NCBI GenBank assembly: GCA_965214935.1
Contig: CBDCCS010000022.1
Coordinates: 384,001-448,000, forward strand
DNA from: Candidatus Velthaea sp.
GTDB taxonomy: Bacteria > Vulcanimicrobiota > Vulcanimicrobiia > Vulcanimicrobiales > Vulcanimicrobiaceae
Reading direction: 5' to 3'
Length of the DNA: 64,000 nucleotides
Shown here: positions 48,310 to 59,833 of the stretch, piece by piece
How the letters are laid out: every line of letters begins with the position of its first letter
How positions within the stretch are numbered: position 1 is the first letter of the stretch
Position numbers and translations under genes: made by a program
Notes under the pieces: model-generated
What the model saw: only the letters and a program-made list of their open reading frames with translations
The model's database searches: none
Told to the model about the DNA's origin: nothing

Positions 48310-49352
48310 GCAAATTGGCCGAAATACAGATCGAGTTCCGCCGCTCGCGCACCGCCGGCTGCAGCGTCCGCGCGCACTGTGTCGAGCGAGGCTTGCGGGC
48401 GCACGGCGAGCATCTCGCCGCTCGTGCACGTCACCGCTTCGGCTGCCGCCGGCACGACGACGGTGGCAAAGGGTTTGACATCGACCGCTAACGCGCCGAG
48501 TTCGAGCCGCACCGGCGACGCGAGCGCGGTTATCGTGAGCGGTTGCCCGTGCGTTTGAATTTGCGCCCGTGCCGAACAACGTAGCCGCTCGAGCGTAAAG
48601 TGCGGATCCGCGACGAGCAGCGTACGTTCTAAGCCGCCGCTTTCAAAGGTCAAGGTCGTCACCGCGACGCGCGTACCGGCCCGAAAATCAAGGACGTCGG
48701 CGGCCTTGGCGACATGCAGTTCGCGGGTTTTCCCGTCGGGTCCAACCCGGTTCCAGTCGAAAATGCGGTAGGTCAAGTCACTCGCCTGTTGCGCTTCGAA
48801 CAATTGAATCCCGGCGCCGATGGCGTGCAGTGTACCGGCCGGCAGATAATACGTCTCTCCGGCATGCACGCTAACGCGGCGCAAGATATCCCCCAGCGAT
48901 CCATCGGCGACGCGCCGCTCGTATTCAGCCCGATCCGTCTCGCGGGCCCAACCTAAGACCAGCTCGGCCTTGGGTTCAGCGGCGAGAATGTACCAGCATT
49001 CGGTTTTGCCGTTCGGCTGGTTCTCGACCCGGCGCGCGTACGCATCATCCGGATGAACTTGTACCGAGAGCGCTAAGCGCGCATCGATCAACTTTGTGAG
49101 AACGGGGAAAGGCGCTGCCGCATCGATCGAACCCATGAGCACTACGCCGAGACCGGCACGCAGTTGAGCCAGCGTCGAACCGCTCAGCTCACCGTTATCG
49201 ACCCGGTTGTCATCCCAGCATTCCCACGACTCGCCGATCTCGGCGGCCGGATCGGCGCTCTTTCCATAGCGTGCGACGAGCGCTTGCCCGCCCCAAAGCG
49301 CCGGCTTTTCGAGCGGTTCCAACTGATACGGATAAACCTGTTCGGTCAACAT
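48306..49352 (-). CDS. manA: Class I mannose-6-phosphate isomerase
   Basis: GESWE, LSVQVHP, GKTECW, GTLHA, QASDLTYR. Confidence 0.88.
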   Translation of the reverse strand: MLTEQVYPYQLEPLEKPALWGGQALVARYGKSADPAAEIGESWECWDDNRVDNGELSGSTLAQLRAGLGVVLMGSIDAAAPFPVLTKLIDARLALSVQVHPDDAYARRVENQPNGKTECWYILAAEPKAELVLGWARETDRAEYERRVADGSLGDILRRVSVHAGETYYLPAGTLHAIGAGIQLFEAQQASDLTYRIFDWNRVGPDGKTRELHVAKAADVLDFRAGTRVAVTTLTFESGGLERTLLVADPHFTLERLRCSARAQIQTHGQPLTITALASPVRLELGALAVDVKPFATVVVPAAAEAVTCTSGEMLAVRPQASLDTVRADAAAGGARAAELDLYFGQFA

Positions 49353-49385
49353 CCAAGTGCAGCTTCGCCGCTGCGCAACGGCGGC

Positions 49386-49586
49386 CTAGAGCGACTCGCG
49401 CCCGATACCGCCGTGCAGCTGCTCGTCCATCTGCGCCGCGCAACCGGTGTGCCCGCATTCGCAACGAACGTTCGTCGAATCGCGGCCTTCGGGCGAATCA
49501 CAATACGGCGCACAGACGGTTTGCGCGATCGGCGTCTCGCATAGGCATGCGAGGTTGTCGCACTTCTTGGTGTCCGTTACTGTCAT
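49386..49586 (-). CDS. Bacterial metallothionein-like protein (66 aa)
   Basis: 8 Cys and 2 His: KCDNLACLC, CAPYC, CECGHTGC. Confidence 0.7.
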   Translation of the reverse strand: MTVTDTKKCDNLACLCETPIAQTVCAPYCDSPEGRDSTNVRCECGHTGCAAQMDEQLHGGIGRESL

Positions 49587-49684
49587 GCTTGGCCGTTTAC
49601 CCGTGAAGACTCCGCCGAAACGAAGGCCTGCACGAACCACGGCGAAGGCGACGCGATGCACTCTTCGCTGTTGCCGATCCGCCG

Positions 49685-50476
49685 GTGAACGAACCGCACG
49701 AACATCGTATCAACGTCATTGACGCCGTCGCAACGATCACGCTCGATCGGCCCGCGGCATACAACGCGCTGACCAAGCGGCTGTTGCATTCGCTCATCGC
49801 AACGTTAACGGCGTGTGCAGCCGATCCCGCAATACGTGCACTCGTCATCACCGGCGCCGGCAAAGGCTTTTGCGCCGGTCAAGCGCTCGATGATGCCGAG
49901 ACGATCGGCTTCGACGGTACGGCGGACTTGCATTCGGCGGTGAGCGAAGGGTTCAATCCACTGGTCCGCACGCTGCTCGGCATGGAAAAGCCGATCGTTG
50001 CGGCGGTTAACGGCGCTGCCGCCGGAGCCGGATTCGGACTGGCGCTCGCGTGCGATTTCCGGGTCGTCGCGCAGACCGCAACGTTTAGCACGGCGTTCGT
50101 GAAGATCGGGCTCGTTGCCGATAGCGGTGTGTCGTTTCTATTACCGCGGATGATCGGCTATGCCAAGGCGCTCGAACTGTGTTTGCTGTCCGAAAAGCTC
50201 GATGCGGCCGCGGCGCAAGCGTTCGGCCTGGTGACCGCCGTCGTGCCGTTCGCCGAAGTCGTCGTTGCCGCACATAAGCTGGCTGCGCGGCTCGCGGCCG
50301 GGCCGCGCGCGATCGGCCTCATGAAACGCGAGCTATTTGCCAATACGTTCGGCGATATCGACGCGGCACTGCAAGTGGAGGCCGAGCTGCAAAGCATCGC
50401 CGGCGCCACGGGCGATGCACGTGAAGGCGTCGCTGCGTTCCGGGCAAAGCGCAGTCCGGTGTTTGCCGGGCGGTAA
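49685..50476 (+). CDS. Enoyl-CoA hydratase/isomerase (PaaG-like)
   Basis: FCAGQ, AVNGAAAGAG, LACD, IGLVADSG. Confidence 0.88.
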   Translation: MNEPHEHRINVIDAVATITLDRPAAYNALTKRLLHSLIATLTACAADPAIRALVITGAGKGFCAGQALDDAETIGFDGTADLHSAVSEGFNPLVRTLLGMEKPIVAAVNGAAAGAGFGLALACDFRVVAQTATFSTAFVKIGLVADSGVSFLLPRMIGYAKALELCLLSEKLDAAAAQAFGLVTAVVPFAEVVVAAHKLAARLAAGPRAIGLMKRELFANTFGDIDAALQVEAELQSIAGATGDAREGVAAFRAKRSPVFAGR

Positions 50477-50523
50477 GCCGCGGTACGCAGTAAGTCGAAC
50501 GATCAGCGCATCGACGCCCTCCA

Positions 50524-50712
50524 ATGAGCTCGGAGTCCACCTTGCTATTCGTACGTTCACAAAACAGCACCGCGCCGCAACCCCAGAACGATCCGCCCGA
50601 CGAACAGACCGGGCAGTTCGGTGATTCGAGCGATCCGGGCCTGGAGTCGGACGAGGATCTCGACGGCGAGCACGACGCCGACGGCGGTCCGGCGCTACAT
50701 CATCCCGGCTAA
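50524..50712 (+). CDS. Possible small acidic protein
   Basis: 62-aa ORF filling the intergenic gap; no recognisable motif. Confidence 0.3.
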   Translation: MSSESTLLFVRSQNSTAPQPQNDPPDEQTGQFGDSSDPGLESDEDLDGEHDADGGPALHHPG

Positions 50713-50721
50713 GGCGACGCG

Positions 50722-51822
50722 ATGATCGACGTTCAACGCCGAAGCGACGAGCGGCATTTCGCCAGCGACAATTATGCCGGCGTCGATCCGCACGTACTCG
50801 AAGCGATCGCCGCGGCGAATGGCGGCCATGTCGGCGCTTACGGCGATGATCCGATCACGCATGCCGCCGAAGCCGCCTTCCGTGACCTCGTCAGTCCGGA
50901 CGCCCGCGTGTTTTTCACCTTCAATGGAACGGGCGCCAACGTGGTCGCTTTAGCCGCCGCGTTGCGGCCGTATCAAGCCGTTATCTGCCCGGACTCCGCG
51001 CATCTCAACAACGATGAATGCGGGGCGTTCGAGCGCTTTTCGGGCTCGCGCTTACTGACCGTGCCGACTAGTGACGGAAAACTTCGGCCGGCCGATGTCG
51101 AACGCGCCGTCGCCCAAGTCGGTAACGTCCATCAAGTGCAGCCGGCCGCGATCTCGATTTCCCAATCGACCGAGCTCGGAACGGTGTATTCGATCGACGA
51201 GATGCGTGCGCTCGGCACGATCGCTCGCCGGCACCATCTGCTGTTCCATGTCGACGGTGCGCGGCTGGCGAATGCCGCCGTAGCGCTTGCCGTTGATTTG
51301 CGAACGTTGCTAGTCGATACCGGTGTCGACGTCTGTACGTTCGGCGGCACGAAAAACGGGCTGTTGTTCGGCGAAGCGATTCTCTTTCCAACGTATCATC
51401 CGGCCATCGAACATCTGCCGTTCACGCGCAAACAAGGGATGCAACTCGCATCGAAAATGCGCTTCGTGGCCGCGCAGTTCAACGCGCTGCTTCATAACGA
51501 CCTCTGGCGCGCGAATGCCGCTCAGGCCAATGCAATGGCGCAGCGGCTCGCCGAGCGCCTTGACGGCGCGGACGGCGTTCGGCTGGCCTATCCGGTGCAA
51601 GCAAACGGTGTGTTCGCGGCCGTCGCGCCGCAACTCATACCGGCGTTGCAAGAAGCGCGGCGTTTTTATGTCTGGGATGCGCGGGCCTCGATCGTCCGCT
51701 GGATGGCGGCCTTCGATACGCGCCCGGCCGATGTCGATTCTTTCGCGGACGCGATTCTCCGCATCACCGCGGGTACGGGCCTCCGTGCACCGCAAGTCCA
51801 ACGGAGCGAACGGCAAGCATGA
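50722..51822 (+). CDS. ltaE: Low-specificity L-threonine aldolase
   Basis: FASDN, GTGAN, HVDGAR, GGTKNG, SKMRF. Confidence 0.88.
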   Translation: MIDVQRRSDERHFASDNYAGVDPHVLEAIAAANGGHVGAYGDDPITHAAEAAFRDLVSPDARVFFTFNGTGANVVALAAALRPYQAVICPDSAHLNNDECGAFERFSGSRLLTVPTSDGKLRPADVERAVAQVGNVHQVQPAAISISQSTELGTVYSIDEMRALGTIARRHHLLFHVDGARLANAAVALAVDLRTLLVDTGVDVCTFGGTKNGLLFGEAILFPTYHPAIEHLPFTRKQGMQLASKMRFVAAQFNALLHNDLWRANAAQANAMAQRLAERLDGADGVRLAYPVQANGVFAAVAPQLIPALQEARRFYVWDARASIVRWMAAFDTRPADVDSFADAILRITAGTGLRAPQVQRSERQA

Positions 51823-52895
51823 ATCAAACCGTGGTAGCGAACGGCACAACGATGACCGGGGTGGTTCTGCCGGGTAACCGGCAGGTCGAATTTCGGACCC
51901 AAGCGCTGCCCGAGCCCGGCTATCGCCAAGTGCTTGTCGAGATGAAAGCGTCGAGTATCTGCGGCAGCGACATTCGCGCAATTTACCGCGAACATCTCGG
52001 AACCGGCGATGAAGCGTATCGCAACGTTATCGCCGGTCACGAGCCGTGCGGACAGGTCGTCGCCGTCGGACCGGGCTGCAAAGAATTTGTCGCCGGAGAC
52101 CGGGTCATTCTGTATCACATTAGCGGCTGCGGCGTCTGCGACGACTGCAAAGCCGGATACATGATCTCGTGCCATAACCCGGCACGGGCGGCGTACGGCT
52201 GGCAACGCGACGGCGGACACGCGCCGTATTTGTTAGCCGAAGAAAACACGCTCGTCCATTTGCCCGCTGCCTTAACGTATGTCGACGGCGCACTCATCGC
52301 GTGCGGTTTTGGTACGGCGTGGGAAGCGCTCACGCGTATGCGCGTCGACGGACGCGATCGCTTGCTCGTGACGGGTTTAGGGCCGGTCGGACTCGCGGCG
52401 GCGATGCTGGGACGGGCGCTCGGCGCACATTACGTGATCGGCGTGGATACGAGCGCCGAACGTTGCGCGCTGGCTCTCAAGCTCGGGCTCGTCGACGATG
52501 CACTCGCCAGCGACGATCGGACCTCGGCGAACATCAGCCGCTTGACCGGGGGTTTCGGCTGCGAGGCGAGCATCGATTGCTCGGGCGCGCCGGCTGCCCG
52601 CAAGATCGCGCTGGCCGGTACGCGCCGCTGGGGCCGCTGCGCGTTCGTCGGTGAAGGCGGGGACGTTCAATTCGACGTCTCGCCCATGCTCATTCACAAT
52701 CAAATAACGCTGTACGGTTCGTGGGTCACGTCGCTGCAGCACATGGCCGAACTTGCCGAGCGTCTAGCACGCTGGAACCTGCATCCCGAAATTACCGTCA
52801 CCCACCGGTTTAAACTCGAAGACGCCGCCGAAGCCTATCGCGTCGCCGACGGCGGCCAATCCGGCAAGGTGGTCATTACGATGGGCGACGACTAA
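51819..52895 (+). CDS. Zinc-dependent alcohol dehydrogenase
   Basis: ICGSD, GHE, CGVCDDC...C, GLGPVG. Confidence 0.9.
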   Translation: MNQTVVANGTTMTGVVLPGNRQVEFRTQALPEPGYRQVLVEMKASSICGSDIRAIYREHLGTGDEAYRNVIAGHEPCGQVVAVGPGCKEFVAGDRVILYHISGCGVCDDCKAGYMISCHNPARAAYGWQRDGGHAPYLLAEENTLVHLPAALTYVDGALIACGFGTAWEALTRMRVDGRDRLLVTGLGPVGLAAAMLGRALGAHYVIGVDTSAERCALALKLGLVDDALASDDRTSANISRLTGGFGCEASIDCSGAPAARKIALAGTRRWGRCAFVGEGGDVQFDVSPMLIHNQITLYGSWVTSLQHMAELAERLARWNLHPEITVTHRFKLEDAAEAYRVADGGQSGKVVITMGDD

Positions 52896-54022
52896 CCGGT
52901 AACGGCGAAGCGTGCGAGCGGCGCGATGCCGATCTCGCCGGCCATCGCGTCGAGATCTTCCCAAACTTTTGCGACGAGCGGGATGCCGTCGCGCCGGTAT
53001 TCATCCGTTCGTTCCGCTTCGATTTCGCCCGCGACATAGATTCGTTCGCAACCCGGTGCTTTCGCACTCGCCTTAAAATCGCGAAGTTCGCAATCCATGT
53101 CGCGCTTGAAGTCGGCAAGATCGCGCATTGCATCGATACGCATTGCACCGAACCAGTGACCGGTGATGCCGCCGGTTTGGCGCGGACCCTCTTCTTTACT
53201 GAGTTCGAGCCCGAACGCGCCGCCGGTCAGCACGCCGCAGAGAATTTCACTCAAAGCGCCGAGACCGTAGCCTTTGTGGCCACCGTTCTCGGTGCCGAAT
53301 CCGCCCAGCGGCAGCAACGCACCGCCGAAACGGGCTCTTGTCGGATCGTCGGTCGGATGACCGTCGCCGTCAACGGCCCAGCCCGGCTTAAGTTGCAAGC
53401 CTTTGCGCTCGTACACTTCGAGTTTACCGTAGGTCACCGTGGTCGTTGCAAAGTCGAACACGAACGGTCGTTCCTCGCCCGCCGGAATCGCATACGCGTA
53501 CGGGTTGGTGCCTTGCATCTTATCGCGCCCGAATGTCGGCGCTGCAAAGTGTGCGGAGTCGGTCGACGAGATGCCGATCATATCGTGCTCGAGCGCCAGC
53601 ATCGCATAATACCCGGCGATGCCGTAGTGGTTGGAGTTGCGCACGCCGCTGAACGCGATCCCGTGCTTTTGCGCAAGTTCGATCGCCTTGCGCATCGCGA
53701 CGATCGCCGCCGGATGCCCCAATCCGTTATCGGCATCGAGTAAAAACGACGTCGGCGTTTCGCGTACGACCTTATATGACGGCGCCCGGTTAATTGTGCC
53801 GAGCCGAATTCGGTCGACGTAAAACCAACGCAGCCGGGCAATGCCGTGCGACTCGATGCCGCGGATATCGGCAGCCAGCAAGACATCGGCAACATCGCGG
53901 CTCTGCCCGGCGTCGACGCCGACGGTGGTTAAAGCCAGCTCGATGTAAGCGCGTTCATCTGCTTCGCGCACGCGGGTTGTCGACGCCGTCATCGCCATGC
54001 GTATTAGATTGGGCAACGGCAT
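52892..54022 (-). CDS. Ldh_2 family (malate/L-lactate/sulfolactate) dehydrogenase
   Basis: [29 protein letters not shown] 54022 after AGGGGAG. Confidence 0.88.
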   Translation of the reverse strand: MPLPNLIRMAMTASTTRVREADERAYIELALTTVGVDAGQSRDVADVLLAADIRGIESHGIARLRWFYVDRIRLGTINRAPSYKVVRETPTSFLLDADNGLGHPAAIVAMRKAIELAQKHGIAFSGVRNSNHYGIAGYYAMLALEHDMIGISSTDSAHFAAPTFGRDKMQGTNPYAYAIPAGEERPFVFDFATTTVTYGKLEVYERKGLQLKPGWAVDGDGHPTDDPTRARFGGALLPLGGFGTENGGHKGYGLGALSEILCGVLTGGAFGLELSKEEGPRQTGGITGHWFGAMRIDAMRDLADFKRDMDCELRDFKASAKAPGCERIYVAGEIEAERTDEYRRDGIPLVAKVWEDLDAMAGEIGIAPLARFAVTG

Positions 54023-54083
54023 GCGCGCTCCCCTAAAACGAGCGCCGGGGCAATGACGTCGATGATAAGCGTTCGAGTCGCGA

Positions 54084-55406
54084 CTACTGCGCGATACGCG
54101 CACGCTTTCGGCGCCGGAGCATCGTGACGGTGAGCGCAACGCATCCTGCGGCAATCGCTACGATCGTTGTAATGACGAGACCAACCACAACCACGCCACG
54201 CCGGGTGAGGAAGCTAAAGCCGCCTTCATCGACGCAATCGCGAAACGCCGTCGAAGTGAATTCCGTCGCTGCGCACCAGTAGGTCCGCCAATTCGGGCCG
54301 GTACTTTCATGCCATTGCGCTCCACCGGTATACAACGCCGCATAAATGTCGCGCAATGCCGGCTCGCGACTCAACCGGCGTTGCAGATTGATGAGCGCGG
54401 GAGCGGTGAATTCGCTCGCGCCCAGCGACGCCGAACCGCCGATGTCGCGCCAAACTCCGCGGCTAAGCGAATGTTCCTCGAAGTTACGCACGCGTCCATC
54501 GGCGGCAACGTCGGCAGTCAAGAACGATGGATTGTTGCCGAAGATCGGTGAAATTGCGGGCGATATGAGTAACGGAACCGGGGCGCCGGTTTCCGCACCG
54601 ACGACACGGTAGGCGAAGCGGTGAATGTGCGCGCTGATCACGAGCTCGACATGCCGAGCCGGATCTTCAATCAACTTCACGATCGCCTCACGCGGATCCG
54701 GCCGCAGAAACGGCACGATCGCCAAATGATGCGTGCGATAGATCGTCGACGACGCATCGATACCGGGCGGGATATGCATGACGAGCCAGCGTCGTTCGGA
54801 TTTCGACGGCGCTAAAGCGGCCGCGAGTTCGGTCAAACTTTCTGGTGTCGGGTCGCCGCGGCCGCACGGGTTGTGATAAAACGGCGACCAGTATGCGTTG
54901 TCGGTGACGATCGCGCGTACGCCGGTCAGCGGTAACCGCGCGGTGTAGAAACCGTCGCGCGCGAAGCTACGCAGAAAGTCGGGTGCGGCATTGTTGCGGT
55001 TGACGAGCGGCGCCCACGCATGCGCGACGGCGCGCAGAAATGCCGAGTTCGGTGCAACGGTGTAATCGCCGCAGCCGGCATCTTCGTTACCGAGTGCCAT
55101 CACGAATTGGGCGTGCGGAAAAACAGCATTAAAGCGGTGTGCAAGTTCGACCAACGTCGAAACAGCGTGATTGGGATGATAGCCGTGATCGAGAAAGTCG
55201 CCGGCCATGACGATGACGGGCGGGTGCGGCGCAACCCGGTGCATTTCGCGCAACGCCGATTCGAGCAGCGCAGTATTCGGGTCCGACCAGTAGCCCGACG
55301 GCCGCGGATCGTGCGAAGCTGGATTGAAGTGGACGTCGTTGACGAAAAGCCACGGATCGGCGGCCCGGGCCGCTACCGGCGCCGCCGGCAATGCCACCAT
55401 TATCAT
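54084..55406 (-). CDS. Acid sphingomyelinase-like metallophosphoesterase with C-terminal TM anchor
   Basis: DVH, GDFLDH, GNED, HIPPG, AHIH, PAISPIFGNNPSF. Confidence 0.7.
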   Translation of the reverse strand: MIMVALPAAPVAARAADPWLFVNDVHFNPASHDPRPSGYWSDPNTALLESALREMHRVAPHPPVIVMAGDFLDHGYHPNHAVSTLVELAHRFNAVFPHAQFVMALGNEDAGCGDYTVAPNSAFLRAVAHAWAPLVNRNNAAPDFLRSFARDGFYTARLPLTGVRAIVTDNAYWSPFYHNPCGRGDPTPESLTELAAALAPSKSERRWLVMHIPPGIDASSTIYRTHHLAIVPFLRPDPREAIVKLIEDPARHVELVISAHIHRFAYRVVGAETGAPVPLLISPAISPIFGNNPSFLTADVAADGRVRNFEEHSLSRGVWRDIGGSASLGASEFTAPALINLQRRLSREPALRDIYAALYTGGAQWHESTGPNWRTYWCAATEFTSTAFRDCVDEGGFSFLTRRGVVVVGLVITTIVAIAAGCVALTVTMLRRRKRARIAQ

Positions 55407-55434
55407 GGCGACAAGCCAGCGGCAGATACGGCTG

Positions 55435-56880
55435 TTAATGCGGTGCGTAGATATCCGTCGCGTACACGGCCGGAACGTTTACCGCCGGAATCGACGTGCC
55501 GAACGCTGCGTTGAGCGTGGCGATGAAGATATCGGCGATCGTCGCGTAACCGGTATTCGACGGATGGATACCATCGAGACTGTAAAAACCTTGCCCGTAG
55601 CCGAAGCCGCAACAATGCGCGGACAGCGCAACGCCGCCGGCCGCATACGACGCAGCGATCGGCGTATGCACGTCGACGAGTACCGCGCCGGTCGCAGTTA
55701 CCGCCGAAGCGATTGCTGCATTATACGCACTATTGAGCTGCACCAACGTGACGGCCACGTTATCCGAAATAAAATCACCCGCCGAAAGAACCGGCGGCTG
55801 TCCACGCGCAGCGGCGGTCAACGCCTTGCCTAAGCCGCTTACCGTCAAATACCCGCCCGGGCCTAAGCCGTACGTTGCATCGATGACGGCGGCGAGCTGC
55901 GCCCCGGCAACGGCCGCCGCCGCCGGCCCAACGACGGGCGTTAAGCGCGCGGTAAATACGGCCGGCAGCGTCGGCTGTGGAATGAAGAACGCCGAGTGAA
56001 TGATGTCGACGAGATTCGCAACGGCGACTTTCGCGCCGGAAGCTTGCAGCGCGCGAACGATCGCGATCATGTCGACGCGCATCGCCGCCGGATCGGTCGG
56101 CGGCAAGGTGCCGTTCGAGAACGCGTACTTAAAGACGTCGTTGGACCCGAGCCACACCGTGGCGATCGACCCATGCAGACCGGCCGCCGCCGAAATTTGT
56201 GTCGTCGCCGCGCCGAAATTGCCGAGTACCGGATAGAAGTCGCCGCTTTCGCTATTGACGATATTGGCTAAACCGCCGAGCGGTCCGGCGTTGACCGGAA
56301 CGCCGCACGCGGTTTCCGGCGCAATCTGGTAGAGCGCCTCGTGCACGGTTTGTCCCGGAATCGCAACATCGAAGGGGAGCGTCGCGGCGTTGAGCCGCGT
56401 GCCCAGCGCCGTCGAGTACGTCGATGCAATCGCGTTGGCGCCGCCGCAAGCCGTCGAGATGCTCGTTAAATCGCCGAGCGGATCGGCCGGCACCAGCACT
56501 TGACCCAGTCCCGGCGGTGCAATGAGGGGCAGCGGCGACGTTGCCGGATTGTCGACCGGCAAACCGTTGGCTTGCGACCACAGCAGCGCCCAAAAGCCGT
56601 GCGTCTGCGTCGCTTGCACGATCGGAAATGGTGAGCCGGCAGCCGACCCGGTGTCGTATGGATTCGGGCGGACGTCGGCACCCATCAAGCCGCCGGACTG
56701 AACGCCTGCGGTCAGGCTGTCGCCGACGCCGACAAGCTTCAAGACCGGGGCGGCGACCGCCGTGCCGCTGACCGCGACCGCCGCGCTGCCCAGCGGCGGG
56801 ATCGAACGTGCACCGCCGCCACCGCCCGAACAAGCCGCCAGCGCAAAAACGGCGGTAAGGCCAACGCTGCGGTACATCAT
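55435..56880 (-). CDS. SGNH/GDSL hydrolase lipoprotein
   Basis: Lipobox LAAC; GDSLTAG, LGSND, DGIHP. Confidence 0.8.
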   Translation of the reverse strand: MMYRSVGLTAVFALAACSGGGGGARSIPPLGSAAVAVSGTAVAAPVLKLVGVGDSLTAGVQSGGLMGADVRPNPYDTGSAAGSPFPIVQATQTHGFWALLWSQANGLPVDNPATSPLPLIAPPGLGQVLVPADPLGDLTSISTACGGANAIASTYSTALGTRLNAATLPFDVAIPGQTVHEALYQIAPETACGVPVNAGPLGGLANIVNSESGDFYPVLGNFGAATTQISAAAGLHGSIATVWLGSNDVFKYAFSNGTLPPTDPAAMRVDMIAIVRALQASGAKVAVANLVDIIHSAFFIPQPTLPAVFTARLTPVVGPAAAAVAGAQLAAVIDATYGLGPGGYLTVSGLGKALTAAARGQPPVLSAGDFISDNVAVTLVQLNSAYNAAIASAVTATGAVLVDVHTPIAASYAAGGVALSAHCCGFGYGQGFYSLDGIHPSNTGYATIADIFIATLNAAFGTSIPAVNVPAVYATDIYAPH

Positions 56881-57977
56881 AGCGGAATCACCGTAGGGCT
56901 ACCCAGACCGAATTGAATTTGCACTTGGGCGGCGTGCAAACCGCCGACGGCGGGCGCCGTCTGCGCGCATTGACCGTTGAGCGCGATCTGTTGGCACGTG
57001 ACCGATTCGATACCGGGCACCGGCCGGTTCGACGCGCCGCCGGTCGATCCAAGAAATTGCACGAATGTTTGTTTCGTAAACCGATGCGCCAAGCCGAAGA
57101 GTAAGGTCGGGACGTGCTCGGGGTCCGGGTCGATGGCGAAGTACTGAACGAGCCGCGACGGTTGAACGAATACCGTAGTCGAGCGGCTCAAGCGATACTC
57201 GAGGTAGAGCAACTCGAAGATCTGCGCGTGATTGGGCGCCGCATTCGCGCCGTTCAAATTGACGTTCCATTGAGCCGCCGCCGTCAGCGTTCCGAAGAAC
57301 CGCGGCGAAGCGACGAACGGCAGCGTGAGCGGGAGCAGATATTCTTGCGATGAACGCAGATGGACCGTCTGCGGGAAGCCGTTTATCTCGACGAGTTGCG
57401 TGTCGCCGTGGCCGCCGACATTCGCCGTTCGCGCTAAATACGTGGGCGAGATGATGATCGGGAATTTTCCGCCGATCAAGAACAAATTCTGCGAGACGAG
57501 CGTGAGGATCTTGTTCTTCGTTGCAACGTCGGTCGGCTGGCCGGTTAAATTGGTGACTCCGACGGGCGATGAGAGGCCCTGGAGATAGACCGGCACCGTT
57601 CCGGTATTGAAGCTGAACGGATACTCTTGAAACTCGTAATAACCGGCTTGCACGCGGTGATAGCGGTTGAAGCCGTAGCCCGCGACGGCATCGATCCCGC
57701 CCGGAAGATTCGCACTCGAACCGGTTTGACCGTATGGAAATGCGATCGTCGTATCGACCGTATACGTGAGCCCGGTCGGCAGCCCCGGTGCGCTTAACGG
57801 CGGTTTGCGCGTCCCGACCGGCACGGCTTGAGCCAAAATGTCGCGCAAGACCGAATCGGCCGGCATTACCAGCGCTGAATTAACCGCGGCGGTCTGCGCG
57901 TCGGCGGCTCCGACGGCGGCCGGGACGAACGAACCAATCAACGCACAGAGTACTGCAGCGAGCGGTGGACATCTCAT
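56877..57977 (-). CDS. Exported beta-rich protein, probable outer-membrane barrel
   Basis: Signal peptide; alternating amphipathic strands; ATGA overlap with the SGNH gene. Confidence 0.5.
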   Translation of the reverse strand: MRCPPLAAVLCALIGSFVPAAVGAADAQTAAVNSALVMPADSVLRDILAQAVPVGTRKPPLSAPGLPTGLTYTVDTTIAFPYGQTGSSANLPGGIDAVAGYGFNRYHRVQAGYYEFQEYPFSFNTGTVPVYLQGLSSPVGVTNLTGQPTDVATKNKILTLVSQNLFLIGGKFPIIISPTYLARTANVGGHGDTQLVEINGFPQTVHLRSSQEYLLPLTLPFVASPRFFGTLTAAAQWNVNLNGANAAPNHAQIFELLYLEYRLSRSTTVFVQPSRLVQYFAIDPDPEHVPTLLFGLAHRFTKQTFVQFLGSTGGASNRPVPGIESVTCQQIALNGQCAQTAPAVGGLHAAQVQIQFGLGSPTVIPL

Positions 57978-58036
57978 CGCGTCGCCTTTAGCCGCTGTGG
58001 AAAGAACATTCCTACCTCACGCATAATGATTCATCG

Positions 58037-59833
58037 ATGACCGTACCGTCGCAGACGTTGCTGGGCTTAACGGCACAAGCGCTCGGCGGCCCAAACCGTG
58101 TGTTGTTCGCCGAACGCGATGCCGGTGGCGAATGGCGCATGCTCGGCACGCGAGCGTTTTTGGAGCGCGTGCACCGCGCCGCACTCGGATTGTCGATTGC
58201 GGGGATTCGCGCCGGCGACCGGGTCGCCATCATGGCACCGAACCGTCTGGATTGGATCGTTGCCAATCTCGCGATTCTCCATGCCGGCGCCGTCAGCGTG
58301 CCGCTCTATGCCACCCAAGCACACGACATCGTCAAGCACATCATGGACGATAGCGGTGCCGCCGCAATCTTCGTCGACACGCCGCAACGGCGCGCGGCGC
58401 TCGTAGCATCCGGCATTATCGCGCCGCTTTTTATAAGCTTTGATGCGGCGGCGAGCGAAGCGGGGTTCGCCGACCTTGCCGCACTCGAATGCGCCGGACG
58501 GGACGCAGCGCAAGCCGACCCGGCCGCCATCGAACGTCTCGGCACGGGCGTAACGAGCGACGATCTGGCGATGCTCATTTACACGTCCGGAACGACCGGC
58601 CGGCCCAAGGGCGTCATGCTTACGCATCGCAACATCGCCTCGAATGCCGTGGATGCCTTTGCACGCGTCGCCGATGTCGTAGCACGCGGCGATGCCGTGT
58701 TGTCGATCTTGCCGTTCGCGCATATCTACGAAAGCACGAATCTCTACGGTTACTACCTCTTGGGTTGCGTCATCTATCTTAACGCGCGCGTTGAGGCGTT
58801 GCTCGACGATCTCCGAACGGTTCGTCCGGTCATGATGCTCGCCGTACCGCGCATCTTCGAGCGCGTCCTCGTGCAGATAATCGTTAAAGCAACAAGCGCC
58901 GGCGGCGTCCGGGCGCTGCTGGTGCCGTGGGCGCTGAAAACCGGCCGCAACTACATGCAGGCAAAGACGTCGGGGCACGCGATCGGCATTTCATTATCTG
59001 CGCGCTATGCGTTGGCACGCGCACTTGCACTCAGCAAAATACGGCCGTTGCTGGGTCTGCAAAATATTAAAGTGTGCGGCAGCGGCAGCGCGCGATTGCA
59101 TCCCGATACGAGCCTCGCCTTTATGAGTTTCGGCGTGCGCATCAGCGAAGGGTACGGACTCACCGAGTGTTCTCCGGTCGTGACGGTAAACGAACCGCTG
59201 CAACCGCACGTCGGAAGCGTCGGCACCGCAATTGCCAACGTCGACTTGCAGTTGGCAGCCGACGGTGAACTGCTCGTGCGCGGGCCGGGGGTCATGAAAG
59301 GATATTACCGCGATGCGCCGGCGACCGAACGCGCGCTGGCCGGCGGGTGGCTGCATACCGGCGACATCGCCGAGATCGCCGCCGACGGCTGCGTGCGCAT
59401 TATCGACCGCAAAAACGAGCTTTTTAAAACGTCCGGCGGTAAATTTATCGCTCCGGCGCGCATCGAGTCGGCACTTTTGCGTTCGCTGTATTTTAATTTC
59501 GTTATGGTTTTCGGCGCCGGTCGTGCGCACCCCGTGGCGCTGATCGCGCCGAACTGGAACACGTTGCGCGACAAACTGCAATTAGGCGAAACGGCCGGGC
59601 CCGCCGAACTCGGCCGCCGCTCCGAAGTCCGCGAATTTCTGAGTACCGAAGCGCACCTGCAAACCAGCGATCTCGCACCGTTCGAGCAAATCCGGACGAT
59701 CGCGCTGTTACCGCGCGACCTCAGCATTGAAGACGGCGAGCTGTCTCCGACGCTCAAGATCAAGCGCCGCGTGGTCGAAGCGCGCTACGGCGGACTGATC
59801 GAAGCGCAAACGCAAGCGCCTGTTTTCGCCTAA
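58037..59833 (+). CDS. Long-chain fatty-acid--CoA ligase
   Basis: YTSGTTGRPKG, GYGLTE, TGD, RKNELFKTSGGK, PTLKIKR. Confidence 0.88.
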   Translation: MTVPSQTLLGLTAQALGGPNRVLFAERDAGGEWRMLGTRAFLERVHRAALGLSIAGIRAGDRVAIMAPNRLDWIVANLAILHAGAVSVPLYATQAHDIVKHIMDDSGAAAIFVDTPQRRAALVASGIIAPLFISFDAAASEAGFADLAALECAGRDAAQADPAAIERLGTGVTSDDLAMLIYTSGTTGRPKGVMLTHRNIASNAVDAFARVADVVARGDAVLSILPFAHIYESTNLYGYYLLGCVIYLNARVEALLDDLRTVRPVMMLAVPRIFERVLVQIIVKATSAGGVRALLVPWALKTGRNYMQAKTSGHAIGISLSARYALARALALSKIRPLLGLQNIKVCGSGSARLHPDTSLAFMSFGVRISEGYGLTECSPVVTVNEPLQPHVGSVGTAIANVDLQLAADGELLVRGPGVMKGYYRDAPATERALAGGWLHTGDIAEIAADGCVRIIDRKNELFKTSGGKFIAPARIESALLRSLYFNFVMVFGAGRAHPVALIAPNWNTLRDKLQLGETAGPAELGRRSEVREFLSTEAHLQTSDLAPFEQIRTIALLPRDLSIEDGELSPTLKIKRRVVEARYGGLIEAQTQAPVFA

